Assembly: GCF_016432865.1 (NCBI RefSeq)
Contig: NC_067400.1
Span: 572,012,001-572,076,000 of the forward strand
Reading direction: 5' to 3'
DNA: 64,000 nucleotides
DNA from: Antechinus flavipes
Lineage: Eukaryota
In this document: positions 13,077 to 24,020 of the stretch, one piece after another
How positions within the stretch are numbered: the stretch's first letter is position 1
How the letters are laid out: every line of letters starts with the position of its first letter
Made by a program: the position numbers and the translations under genes
The notes under the pieces: model-generated
Database searches by the model: none
What the model was told of the DNA's origin: nothing
What the model saw: only the letters and a program-made list of their open reading frames with translations

Positions 13077-13296
13077 NNNNNNNNNNNNNNNNNNNNNNNN
13101 NNNNNNNNNNNNNNNNNNNNNNNNNNNNNNNNNNNNNNNNNNNNNNNNNNNNNNNNNNNNNNNNNNNNNNNNNNNNNNNNNNNNNNNNNNNNNNNNNNNN
13201 NNNNNNNNNNNNNNNNNNNNNNNNNNNNNNNNNNNNNNNNNNNNNNNNNNNNNNNNNNNNNNNNNNNNNNNNNNNNNNNNNNNNNNNNNNNNNNNN
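13077..13296. other. Assembly gap (220 N)
   Basis: Run of n. Confidence 1.
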
Positions 13297-13904
13297 TTAT
13301 TTTGGATGTGTATTTTTTTTTTTTTTTTACAATTCCATGTAAAGTCCTGAATATGCTAACCATTCCTCCTTCCTTTGTATCTTGTCTTAAAAGTCCATTT
13401 CTTTCCAGGATCAAGTAAGTATTCACTCAGATCCCGAATGACTCAGTAAACATAGATGAATTAAAAAGTTCCCTAAGAAATCCACAGTTCAGTGAAAGAG
13501 AGCATCATCACTGAGTGGTGCAACATGGTCAAACCATTGAAAAGAAGCTTTCTAAAAACTGAGGCACAACTCCCAGTACCAACATGGAATCAGTAGCATG
13601 ACTTTAAATTTGTTCACCTGAGACTATAATCTCAGATGGGAAAACACATAGGTGACTAGTTGAAGAACAAGAAAAAATTTGTAGAAGCAAATTATTAATA
13701 TACTGCACCAGGGAGACATTGAAAATACATCTGTATGATAAGATCAGGCAGCAGCTAATGTCCAAACTGGTCTGGAAAGATGGCAGGGTCCCTGAAAAAC
13801 CCTTCTCCAAAGCAAGGGCTTTCAAAAGACCTCAATGAAGACAGTAAAATCTAGAGATTTTAGTTTTAGAGGTAGAAGGAAGTGCTCTGTAACATCAAGA
13901 AGTT

Positions 13905-14100
13905 GTGTGAAAGGCAGAGCATAGTCCAAATACTGCATTGAATTTGGAGTCAGAGTATAGATTTAAGTCCTGTCTCTCTTACTAGCTACCCTATGACCTT
14001 TGCAAATCACCTAAACACCCTGGGCCCCAGTTTTCTCATCTGTAAAATTTCATGGTGTAGATGACCTCTAAGGTTCCTTCTATTTCTACATCTTTGTCAT
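13905..14100 (+). mobile_element. MIR3/CORE-SINE
   Basis: CORE cagttttctcatctgtaaaat followed by gatgacctctaaggttccttc. Confidence 0.7.
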
Positions 14101-15231
14101 GATTCCAGACTCAAAATACAAAAACCCAAAAATTCTTTCTTTGAATAAAAAAAACCCAGAGGACCCTGGAGAAGCTGGTTGGAGGGACTTCAGAAGAGAA
14201 CTATCTACTTCATGTTTACAGGCTGAAGGGATCCAAAATCATGAGTCAGCATTCTTTTCCAATTGTTGGAACTCTGGTCACCAGTATTTCCACCAGCTCC
14301 CTAGAGATGTCAGTCTTTTCTTCACCATTCTCTATTGTAGATCTGGAAGGGGTCTGGGTAATTAATAGTAGGCATCCTGCACATAATCTTGAGATAAAGG
14401 AGCTGATACTTTGAAGGATGATTAAAAAAAAAAAAAGTACATTTGGAATCAGCCACAGTGTGTTGTAAACCAGGAATAGAGTGGGTATGAGTGGCTCAGC
14501 CCTGGACTGCCCTACCCTGTCTAGACCAGAATGTCCTTCCTTAAGCCTGGATTTGCTAGAGAACACCAGAGATTCTGAGGGCAATAGTTGGTGAAACCAA
14601 CTAGCTTCTAAGGGTAGCACCAGAGAGCATTTATTAATCCACTTTTATGGTTAACATTTTGAAGCCATGTTCTACACAGCAAAGGAAAAATAGTTGAAAT
14701 GAAGAATGTGGACTAGAGTCCTTCCAGCCCTTGGGGTTGTCGTTGGATCTGTGGCTTTCCATGTTGTTCTTCCTTTTCCCTGGCCTTTGAGAGCTGGGTG
14801 ACAGAGGGCTGGGGAAAGAGTAATCATCAAGGCAATACCTCTGAGCCTCCTCTGATTGCCACAGTGTATTTCTCTTACTACTTCTCAGTCTCATTCCTGC
14901 TGCTTAGTGCCGAGGAAAAGAGAAGGAGCTTGTGCTCCTTGGACCCTTCTAAGAGTGGGCTTGTTCTTGGCTTCTCAAGCCAGTCATTTGTTCTCATTTC
15001 AAGTTGGCCTCCTCTAGTTGGTATTCTACTTCGTGAGTTAAAGGATCAAGATGATGCCAGCAGCTGAGAACACTGGCATCAGCTGAGACTTGCTACTGTG
15101 TTGTGGAGACTGGCTAGTGTTTGGCACCAGAATACTTCCTGCATATTATCTTATTGAGGATAGGAACCGCGAGATGACCTAAACTGTGGGCTCGCCTAAT
15201 CCACCAGGCCCCCTCTCTCCTTATCCTGTAG

Positions 15232-15361
15232 GTGGGACGCTCGTCCCTGCTGGTGGGGAACCTTAAGAAGAAGTATGCACAAGGGCTTTTGCCTGAGAAA
15301 CTCCCACAGCAAGAGAATACCACCACCACCGATTCAGAAATGGAGGAGCCGTATCTGCAAG
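15232..15361 (+). CDS. PHC2: PHC2 coding exon, VGRSSLLVGNLKKKYAQGLLPEKLPQQENTTTTDSEMEEPYLQ
   Basis: cctgtag| acceptor and G|gtaagt donor; 130 nt, phase 0 to 1; near-identical to mammalian PHC2. Confidence 0.97.
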
Positions 15362-15724
15362 GTAAGTGTTCCAGACTTTGAGGCAACTGGTGCTTTGTGT
15401 TTCACCCTGACATCGCAGTGGGCAGCAGTGGCTCAGGAAGGACTTACACAAGTTTTTTATAATACCAGCTGAACACAGGGATTAGGAGCCTTTGTGTATC
15501 AACCTTGGGAGATTACAGTCAAAGGTTCTATAATTGTTTTCCAGTTATATCCCTGATTATTTGTCCCCTCAGGCTGCTTGCTTTTCCCCTTGTATATTGT
15601 TGGGTATACTCTGGGAACCCATAGAGATGCTATGAGGTGTATCACTCCCATCTTTATTAACTCCAGTGGTCTGCTTTCTAGGACAGGAGTAGTCTGCTAA
15701 ACAAGTCAGAGAAAGCCCGGGAAG

Positions 15725-16060
15725 GAGGAACTGCTTTTTAGGAAAATCACTTGGTGGTTGGATAAAGAGAGAACTGGTGTGAGGAGAGACTTGAGATAGG
15801 AAGGCAGCTATTGCAGTAGTTCAGGCATGAGATGCAGAGGACTTGTGTCACAGGGGTGCCGTGTTTGGGAGATGTTGTAAAGATAAAATTGACTGGATTT
15901 ACAACAGCTTGGATGGGAATGGGGTGAAAAAGTGAGGAGGAAAGGACAATAACCTGTTTTTTGAACCATGCTGAGTGGGAGGATGGTGGTTTTCTCTTAA
16001 CAGTAATAAGGAACTGTCCTCTTCGGGTTGTATTTGACACTAGGACACACAACGCTTAAA
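15725..16060 (-). mobile_element. L2 fragment in PHC2 intron
   Basis: L2-like ggcagctattgcagtagttcaggcatgagatg segment. Confidence 0.65.
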
Positions 16061-16313
16061 AAAGAAAGTGAATTCTTAGAGGGGATCTCCAAGTCCCCCT
16101 GGATAGTTCCAACCAAAATAGAAAACAAAAAACAAATCTTGAGTCAAAAAATGGAATAGCCTAAGTCCTTAGGATTGCCTATAGGTTTGTGGTAGGACTG
16201 CTCCTGAGCCTGGCAGTTAGAGGGACACGCTGAATAGCATGGAGCAAGGAACCTTCTGAACAGGAAGGTGATCAGCATCCTCTCAGACTAAGAATTCATT
16301 GTGTGCCTTTCAG

Positions 16314-16428
16314 AATCCAAAGAGGAGGGAACTCCCCTCAAACTCAAGTGTGAGCTTTGTGGCCGGGTGGACTTTGCCTACAAGTTCAAACGTTCCAAAC
16401 GCTTCTGCTCTATGGCATGTGCTAAGAG
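16314..16428 (+). CDS. PHC2: PHC2 coding exon, FCS zinc finger (ESKEEGTPLKLKCELCGRVDFAYKFKRSKRFCSMACAKR)
   Basis: ctttcag| acceptor and AG|gtgagt donor; 115 nt, phase 1 to 2; CxxC...FCSxxC motif. Confidence 0.98.
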
Positions 16429-17162
16429 GTGAGTAGCCTCAGCCCAGCTACCCTCCTCTCCCTAGCTTCTTCCTTTCCTTAGCTTGAGGCAACTTTGGTT
16501 TCTGCTCTTAATCCTACCAGGTCTTTGATGCCCCAGAGGGCTTTTCTGCCTTAGTTGTGCTCTGCCTACGTTAAGTGTGTGCTGGATAGGATTCAGCTGC
16601 ATTCAGTAAAAGCTAGAATCTTGGGGCCCAGGGCCAGACCAGATTAAAGAGCATCCCAGACATAGAAGACAGGAAATAGCCTATGAGTGTAGTGCAGTCT
16701 TTGTATACGCTCACTTCCTGAGGCCTGTGCCAAATCTCTGTCATAAGTCTTGTGTTGGAAGCATTCCCTGAAGTCACAGCACTTCCCAACTTCTCCCTGT
16801 GTGGGATTACCTAACAGCCCAGTGGTGATTGCAGGGAGCTGCCCAGTGTTTGCTCTGCCCCTCATGTGGCCGCAAAGGCAGAGGTAGAGGGACACCTGAG
16901 TATTAAGAGCTCGTTTTTCTGGGTTGAGGATAGAACTGCTAAGGGTTGAGAGGACCAGTGACTGGTTGGGATATCTGAACAATGTCCTTGGGTGAAATTG
17001 GGCCATCTCAAGCTACATCCAGGTGCCCTGGGTCTGACTGGCATTAGTAGTGGTCTTACTATCACCTCCCTTCAGTGTTCAGTTGGGAGCTGATGGGCAG
17101 TTGGTGTTGGGTCTATTCAACTTGGCCAGAGCCCTTACCCCTTTCTCCCTGGGCTTGGGTAG

Positions 17163-17304
17163 GTACAATGTGGGCTGTACCAAGCGTGTTGGACTCTTCC
17201 ACTCTGACCGCAGCAAGCTGCAGAAACCAGGGGCTGCCCCCCATAACCGCCGACGGGCCAGCAAGGCAAGTCTGCCAGCACTGCCCAAGGATGCCAAGAA
17301 GCAG
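17163..17304 (+). CDS. PHC2: PHC2 coding exon (YNVGCTKRVGLFHSDRSKLQKPGAAPHNRRRASKASLPALPKDAKKQ)
   Basis: gggtag| acceptor and CAG|gtgaga donor; 142 nt, phase 2 to 0; contained in ORF 17050..17352. Confidence 0.97.
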
Positions 17305-18035
17305 GTGAGAGGGTGCCTCCATCCAGTTCCTTTCTCATGTATTCTTCCATGAAATGGTACACTCCAGGTAGTCTCTCCGATTCCTATAAGACAGTTTACA
17401 GAAGCTGCACTCTGTCCTTTACTCTGCTCTCCAAAGTACAAAACCCTCAGCTGTGCTTCCTTTGTGCTGGGGACCCTCCTCGGGACTTCCTGGCACAGGC
17501 AAATTCGCATCCACCCTCGAGGAACCAAGAGGACCCGAGGAGGATGTGATGGAGGTAGTGTGGCAGTGGGAGCACACTGAGCATGGACTTAGAAAACCTC
17601 CACTGGAGGCCCAGTTCTCATACTTGTTACCCGTGTGGCCATGAGCAGGTGATGAGAGATAGACTGGGTGACTTTTAAAGCTGTACTCTTGTCCTCGCCT
17701 GCATTTGTTGGGGTTCTCAGCCTTTCACAAGGTGGCTTGTCCCTTTTCCTCGCTCAGCCTGACCTATTCTCCCACTCTCCTTTGAATCTTGATGTGCTTA
17801 TCTCCAGGGAGATCTTATCTTTTTCCCCATGCAGAGATAGGTTGTCCAAGAAACCACTTGCTTGGTTGTAGAAGAGTTAGGAATTCTTTGAAGGTGCTGA
17901 GAAAGCCCTGTGAGCTGAATGTTTCCCTTCTCCCTACCCATCACCCTCTTCCCACCAAGTTCTCCTTCCCTTGCCCCATCCCCACGGCAAGAGCTGCCCT
18001 GCCCGAAGGCTCAGGTTCTGTCCTTGTTTCTCCAG

Positions 18036-18312
18036 CCTGCGGGGGCTGTGCCCCTCTCAGTCACAGCCGCCTTGCAGCTGACCCACAGCCAAGAAGACTC
18101 GAGTCGCTGCTCAGACAACTCAAGCTACGAGGAGCCCCTGTCACCCATCTCTGCCAGCTCCTCCACCTCGCGTCGGCGCCAGGGCCAGCGGGACCTGGAG
18201 CTCCCAGACATGCACATGAGGGACCTGGTGGGTGTCGGGCACCACTTCTTGCCCAGTGAACCCACCAAATGGAATGTGGAAGATGTCTATGAGTTCATCC
18301 GTTCTCTGCCAG
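18036..18312 (+). CDS. PHC2: PHC2 coding exon (PAGAVPLSVTAALQLTHSQEDSSRCSDNSSYEEP...KWNVEDVYEFIRSLP), start of SAM domain
   Basis: tctccag| acceptor and G|gtaaga donor; 277 nt, phase 0 to 1; contained in ORF 17919..18593. Confidence 0.98.
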
Positions 18313-18622
18313 GTAAGAGCCCTAGCAGATCCCTTCTTCCAGGTATCTGGAATGCGCTATCCCTTTGCTGCCTCTTCGGTGCTTCTCATTTCTATAGGAG
18401 GTACGTCGGGAGGGGCATTCTGGAGCAGGGGGCTACCAGGGAGAATAGCACAGCAGGAGCACATAGAGCTCTTTCCTTGGGCAGACCCAGCCCCGTGGGC
18501 CTCTGTAGACTCTCCTGCTCTGCCACCCTCTGGCCCCTGAGAGGGATGCTGCCTCTCCACAGTTCTTTTATTACTTCTGCTGCTGCTACCTAGCTTCTCA
18601 TAGGTGAGTCTTACCTTTCCAG

Positions 18623-18777
18623 GCTGCCAGGAGATTGCCGAAGAGTTTCGTGCCCAGGAGATCGACGGGCAGGCCCTGTTATTGCTCAAGGAAGACCATT
18701 TGATGAGTGCCATGAATATCAAGCTGGGTCCTGCCCTGAAGATTTATGCACGGATCAGCATGCTGAAGGACTCCTAG
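18623..18777 (+). CDS. PHC2: PHC2 terminal coding exon, C-terminal SAM domain (GCQEIAEEFRAQEIDGQALLLLKEDHLMSAMNIKLGPALKIYARISMLKDS*)
   Basis: ctttccag| acceptor; TAG stop at 18775-18777; identical to the recalled PHC2 C-terminus. Confidence 0.98.
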
Positions 18778-20065
18778 GATCTGGCTGTGGAAAAAGACCC
18801 CTTCTCTTCTCCCTGGGAGTTCCTTGCACCCTAACTGAGCAGAGCACAAGAATACGTTCCTAAGGGACATAGAGAAGGGGCCATGAGCGGCTTCTCCTGG
18901 GCATGGCTGAGGAGGAGGGGCTCCTCCAGCCTCCTCACTGACCCTCAGGGTCCTGGCATTTCTGCAGGAGAGGACGGAGGTAGGCAGGTGGCTGCAGAAG
19001 TTGGGGCATTGTGCTTGTAAATATTGGTAGCATCAGCTTCTTCTGAAGTCCCATGGCTCTAGCCCTGCTCTCTTCCCTGCCCACCCTAGCCCCCAACTTC
19101 ACCCCTCGGAGGCACAGGCAGCCAGAGCTCCCAATCCAAAGGGGATAATTGTCAAGGATGACCACCAGGCCTGGACAGAGGCTGAGGCAGCCCTTGCCTG
19201 TCCTGTGCCCTATTCTTCCCTAAGCTGGTTAATTCTTTCTTCACCAACTTCTCCCCCTTCAGCCTGATTGTGAAGTAGCCAAGAATTCTCCCAGACACAG
19301 GCACTGCTACGTCCAGGTGGAGAGAGAGAAGCTGGGCCTGATTGGGCCACGCCTGCTGGCCCATACGCCTTAACGCTGTGTGTGTGACTGTGTGTGAGAG
19401 CCCAGACCGGCTGATGGGCTGAGTTCCTTCCTTTTGGCTTTGTCCAGGTGTCCTCTTAAAGCTTTGTCCTGGACTCCTCACCTTCAGGTGAAGAATGAGG
19501 GAACTGTAGCCTCCCCTAGAGGCCGGGAGGGTCTGTGAGGGGGAGGATTGGGATTCTTCTTTGTGGACTCATGAGGCCATTGTGACACACTGCGACTTGC
19601 TCCCGAATGCCCTGCTTTCCTATGAGCAGCATCAAGGAAAGGCTCCCTGCCAGAGGCCAGTGTGAAGGGCACAGCTGCCTCCATTCACACTGCCCCCAGC
19701 ACCAAGGCGTGGGGACCCTGGGACTGTTGCAAGGGATTGCGCAGCTCGCGTCACGCTCGGCCTGAAAAAGGCCATCTCCTCACCTCCTCTGCCTACACCC
19801 CTTTGCCTCTAAGCATCCCAGTATCCATTTGGGCCTCTCAAGAAGGTAGGGTGGGAAGGGAAAAGAGCTCCCCCTCCTCTGACTTGCCCAGCCTCCTGCA
19901 GACTGGGAAGGGTTGGGGGAGAACAAAGCTTTTCCCTGAACAGAATGGGTACCTCCTTCACTTGAGCTATTCTTCACCCTCTAGGCAGGGTAGAAATGGG
20001 AAATGAAGGACTTTTTAGAGACCTTTTTTTTTTAATTAAATAAATCTCTAAAACCTGCCTTTGCT
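18778..20065 (+). other. PHC2: PHC2 3' UTR (end approximate)
   Basis: No recognisable repeats, moderately GC-rich, lies between the stop codon and the first poly(A) signal. Confidence 0.7.
20035..20044 (+). terminator. PHC2: Polyadenylation signal (overlapping ATTAAA/AATAAA)
   Basis: ATTAAA 20035-20040 and AATAAA 20039-20044, after a U-rich tract and before GU-rich sequence. Confidence 0.7.
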
Positions 20066-23000
20066 GTCCCTTACTCCTGCACGGGCTCCTGCCTTCAGTC
20101 TTGAATGGAAGTGGTGTGGCTACTTCAGGAATAGATGGGCTCAGGCCCTGAGCACTTAGCAGTAGAGGTGGTTGCCCCTATGGTTATGTAACACGGAAGA
20201 ACAAACAATGGAAGTGTTTAAAAGAGGAAGATGGTTTCCCAGGTGAAGATGGGATTTATTGGATGTTTTTTATATATATGAGAGCTTATACTCAGGGCAA
20301 GCTAGTAAGCCGCCACCACTTCTCTCCCTCTTGCAGCTTCCAATTATGGGGAATGGGAAAGAAAGACTGTGTGGGACTTGGACTCAGAAGTCCTTGCTTC
20401 AGGGACTAGCTAGCCAGTGCCCTTTGGGCAGACATTGTGGGCAGAGTGCCACAGAAGGGGTCCTCCTAAGAGGATGGAGATGTTAAAACTCAATGGTGTC
20501 CTCTGCAATTGGAACTCAGACCACTAGTGTCCTAAGGGCTCCAGCTATGTGAATGAAGGCAGGTCAGAGGGTGTCAAACCACTGCCTAGGTTTTGGCAAA
20601 TGAGAAGGAAACTCAAGAAATGTTTTGGGCCTACTTAAATACTTTGGCAATTCGTGATTTTGTCCTTCTTTGTAATTTGCTGTGGCTAATTAAGTCACTA
20701 CTTAGGAGACAAATTCCTCTCTCATTTTGAGATCATTCTTCCGGGGATGAGCCTCTTGAAATGAAGACCATGGCCAGGCCTGTGCTCAATACCTTCCTAG
20801 CTCACGCTCTGGCAGCGTAGCCTTTGACACCCCAGGACTTCTTCCGTGTCACCATAACATTTTAGAAATATATATTAGTAGTATGAAAAAATTATCCAGA
20901 TCATTTAAATTTAGATCAGTTTTATTTGTAATGCTTTTTGTCTAAAGTCGATGTACTAAGCATTAGGGAACAATTAGAAGGGGAAAAAAGCATGCCTGGG
21001 CCTATCCAGATACAGAGTGCTCTTGGGGCTTTCCCACAGTCAGTGGGATCCCAGATGACCTCCTCATCAACATACCTATGAGGGCCTGACAGCCTGCCAG
21101 AGAAGGGGACCCTGTTCTGTGCTGCCCTAAGCAGCTGTTCTTGCGTCAAACAAGGGATGGTAACTTTACTGAGAAAGGGACATTGACAGAGATGAATATT
21201 GACGTGGGATCCCAAGAAACAGAGAGCTCTCTTAATATCTGATCAGGGAAATGAGAGAAGGGCTCTGTGCCCAGGACAGGCCTGTATTTCCATGGAAAAG
21301 GATGGGATCTCTACTGAAAAAAAAAGTCATAGGAAACCCATGGAAGATATTTGCACTTCCTGACTTTTTTAAGGTCCCACTTTGCTGGAGAAAAGGGATG
21401 AAGGTCTTTGTTCACATCCTGCTGCTTCATCCAAGTGCTTGGGTGAGACCAGAATATGTGAAGGCAAGTTTGGAGATTGATTTCATGTGTCCGTGACACA
21501 GTATTAGACTGTATATGTGTCAGAGAGATCATTCTGAAGTTGTCAGAACAAAGGTCTCCAGAGTCCTAGATTCTTCTTACTAGGGGGCAAAAGCTTACCT
21601 TCCCTTTTCCAGTCACTTAGATCTTGACCTGGGAGTAGGAACACTAGGCACCTCATGAAGAGTACCCCTCCCCCTGCCACTCACAAAAAACTCAAAACTT
21701 TCAAATAACTGGGCAGCCCCAAATGTCTACTCCATCTGCACTTGCCCATATCCCAGAATCCAGGTATAGTCAGTCATTTATTCGGCGTCTTTGTTCCAGA
21801 AGCTGTGCTAAGTATATCATTTCATTCTCAAAACGATGTGGGAAGCGGTGTTAGTATGATCCCCATTTCATAATTGAGGAAACAGAGATAAGATGATTCA
21901 CCCAGGTTGTCACAGTCAGGACATGTGAATCTGGATTTGAATTCTCTCTGACTTTGGGCCTGGTGCTCTATCCACTATACCAAGCTGCTGTCTCCAAAAA
22001 GCTCTGTTTTAGCCAGGACAGCAGTCTAGCAGATGGAGTGGGTTGGGGTTCTAGACCTTCCTCCACCCTTTGCTAGCTGTGTGACATTGGGCAAGGCATT
22101 TCCTGTGTAGGAGCTTCTATTTCCTCTCGCATAGAATAAGAAAGTTGGCTAGAGAATCTATAAGATCTCTATCACCTTTTAAAACCTGTTGGAATTCACT
22201 TTCCCCATTCCCCACTCCACGTGACCATTATCTAGCTGCTTCTGCAGCAACTCAGGGCCCATTTCAGATCTGAGATTGAAGGGAGCAAAGTTGTCCAGAT
22301 TTAGGACAGCACTTAAGGGAGCCACAGCTTTAGGGATGATGAGCAAAGCTACTCAGGAGAGAGTCTATATTTCTCTGCTTTGCCTTTGACTGTTCCCCTT
22401 CCCACTTTGTAGTGGAATGATTCCTTCATCGGAATCCTACTACTTTCAGAGTAATTCACCTCAAAATAAGCACTTGAAGTGGTATTGACCCTCTTTATTG
22501 AAATGTATTTTTGTGGAATATGAAGTATTGGCTTTGGATTCAGGAGAGGTATGGGTTCAAATCCAATCTCCAATAGGCTTTGTGGCCATAGGTGATTCAT
22601 TAATATCTATTTACCATTTGTAGAATAGGGCTCAGCCTCAAGAAGACCAGAATTCAAGTCTTGCCTCCCTCAAGAAGCAGCTTTGTGATCTTGGGCAAAT
22701 CATGATCTCTCAGTGCACTGGCAACTTAAGATTTTTCAGTTACAGAGCAGGTGCCTATCTGAATTGGAAGAGAATTTCATTACAGAAATTATAGGTCCAG
22801 GCCACCCAAAAAAATTACCCCATGGGCAATTGTGAGGATTCAGTGAAATACAGATGATCCAGAGATAAAGCACTATACACACCTTAAAAGTAATCAAGTA
22901 GTATCTACTATGTGACAGGCATGTTCTAAGAGCTCCACACATTTTATCTTCACAACATCCCTGAGAGGTAGAAGCTGTCATTACCTCCATTTTACAGGTA

Positions 23001-23119
23001 AGGAAAAAGCCTGAAAAATTTAAGTGACTTGCCCATAGTCATCCAGCTGGTATCTGTCTCAAGTAGCATTGAACTCAAATCTTCCTGATGCCAAGTCCAG
23101 AGTCTACTCACTGTGTTAT

Positions 23120-23760
23120 CTACCTGTCTAGATAAAATGGGCAGGTGTACTGAGGCTGATTTGGGCCAAAGAGATGAGAGAAGCCAAGGAGACCACTTAG
23201 AAGGTTATTGCAAAGTCAGAGATAGTAAGGGCCTGAAATTGGATGATAACTTATGGAAGTAGAAAGAGCTAAGAATTAGCCACTGATTGAGTTTTGGAAT
23301 GCTTGGGAGGCATCAAGGATGTCACCAAGATTATGAACCTGAGTGCTTGGAAAGACTAGGGTGCTTCCAGAGTGATGGAGAACATCAGAAGGGGGGAAGA
23401 GTTCATGGGAAAGATTAATAACTTATATTTTAGACATAATGGATTTGAGTTGTCACTCAGTTTGAAATGTCCAAAAGAAAGTTGGTCATGTGAAACTAGA
23501 GCTTCTTAGGGGAAGAAACCTCAAAACATAGGTCTGGGAATTATCTGTATGGAGTTATTAAAGTGAGCTGGGCTGGTTAGGTCACCAGGCCAACAGATGG
23601 AGACAGGAGAAAAGGGCCAGGACAGAACCTTGGAGAAGACTGAAGGGACAGGATGGTAATGTAGACTGGTGGGGGGGAATCAAAAGATGGCAATAATGTC
23701 AAAAATGTCCAAGGGAGAGAAAATCCCAGACAAGATAATCAACAGTATCAAAAGGGTTAC
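23120..23760 (-). mobile_element. L2 fragment
   Basis: L2-like purine-rich antisense sequence. Confidence 0.65.
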
Positions 23761-24020
23761 TGTGTGTAGCTAGTGTAGTTACTGTATGGCACCATAGTGC
23801 ACAGGGTGCCAGGCCTCGAGTCAAAACTCATTTTCCCAAGTTCAAATCTAGCCCTAGACACTGACTGACTTCACTAACCCTGCTTAATCCCTTAACCTTA
23901 TTTGCTTCAGTTTCCTCATCTGTAAAACGGGCTGGAGAAGGAAATGACAGGCCTCTCCCAAGATCTTTGCCATGAGAAACCCATACAGGGTTACAGTCAG
24001 ACATAACTCAAAATAACTGA
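23760..24020 (+). mobile_element. MAR1-type marsupial SINE (CORE + RTE-derived tail)
   Basis: gttcaaatctagccc...tttcctcatctgtaaaa...ggagaaggaaatg...ctttgcc...gggttacagtcagacataact. Confidence 0.8.

Noticed and set aside
17050-18722. Several antisense and alternative-frame ORFs (up to 156 aa) over the PHC2 exons
   Set aside because: Shadow ORFs of GC-rich coding exons with no independent homology.
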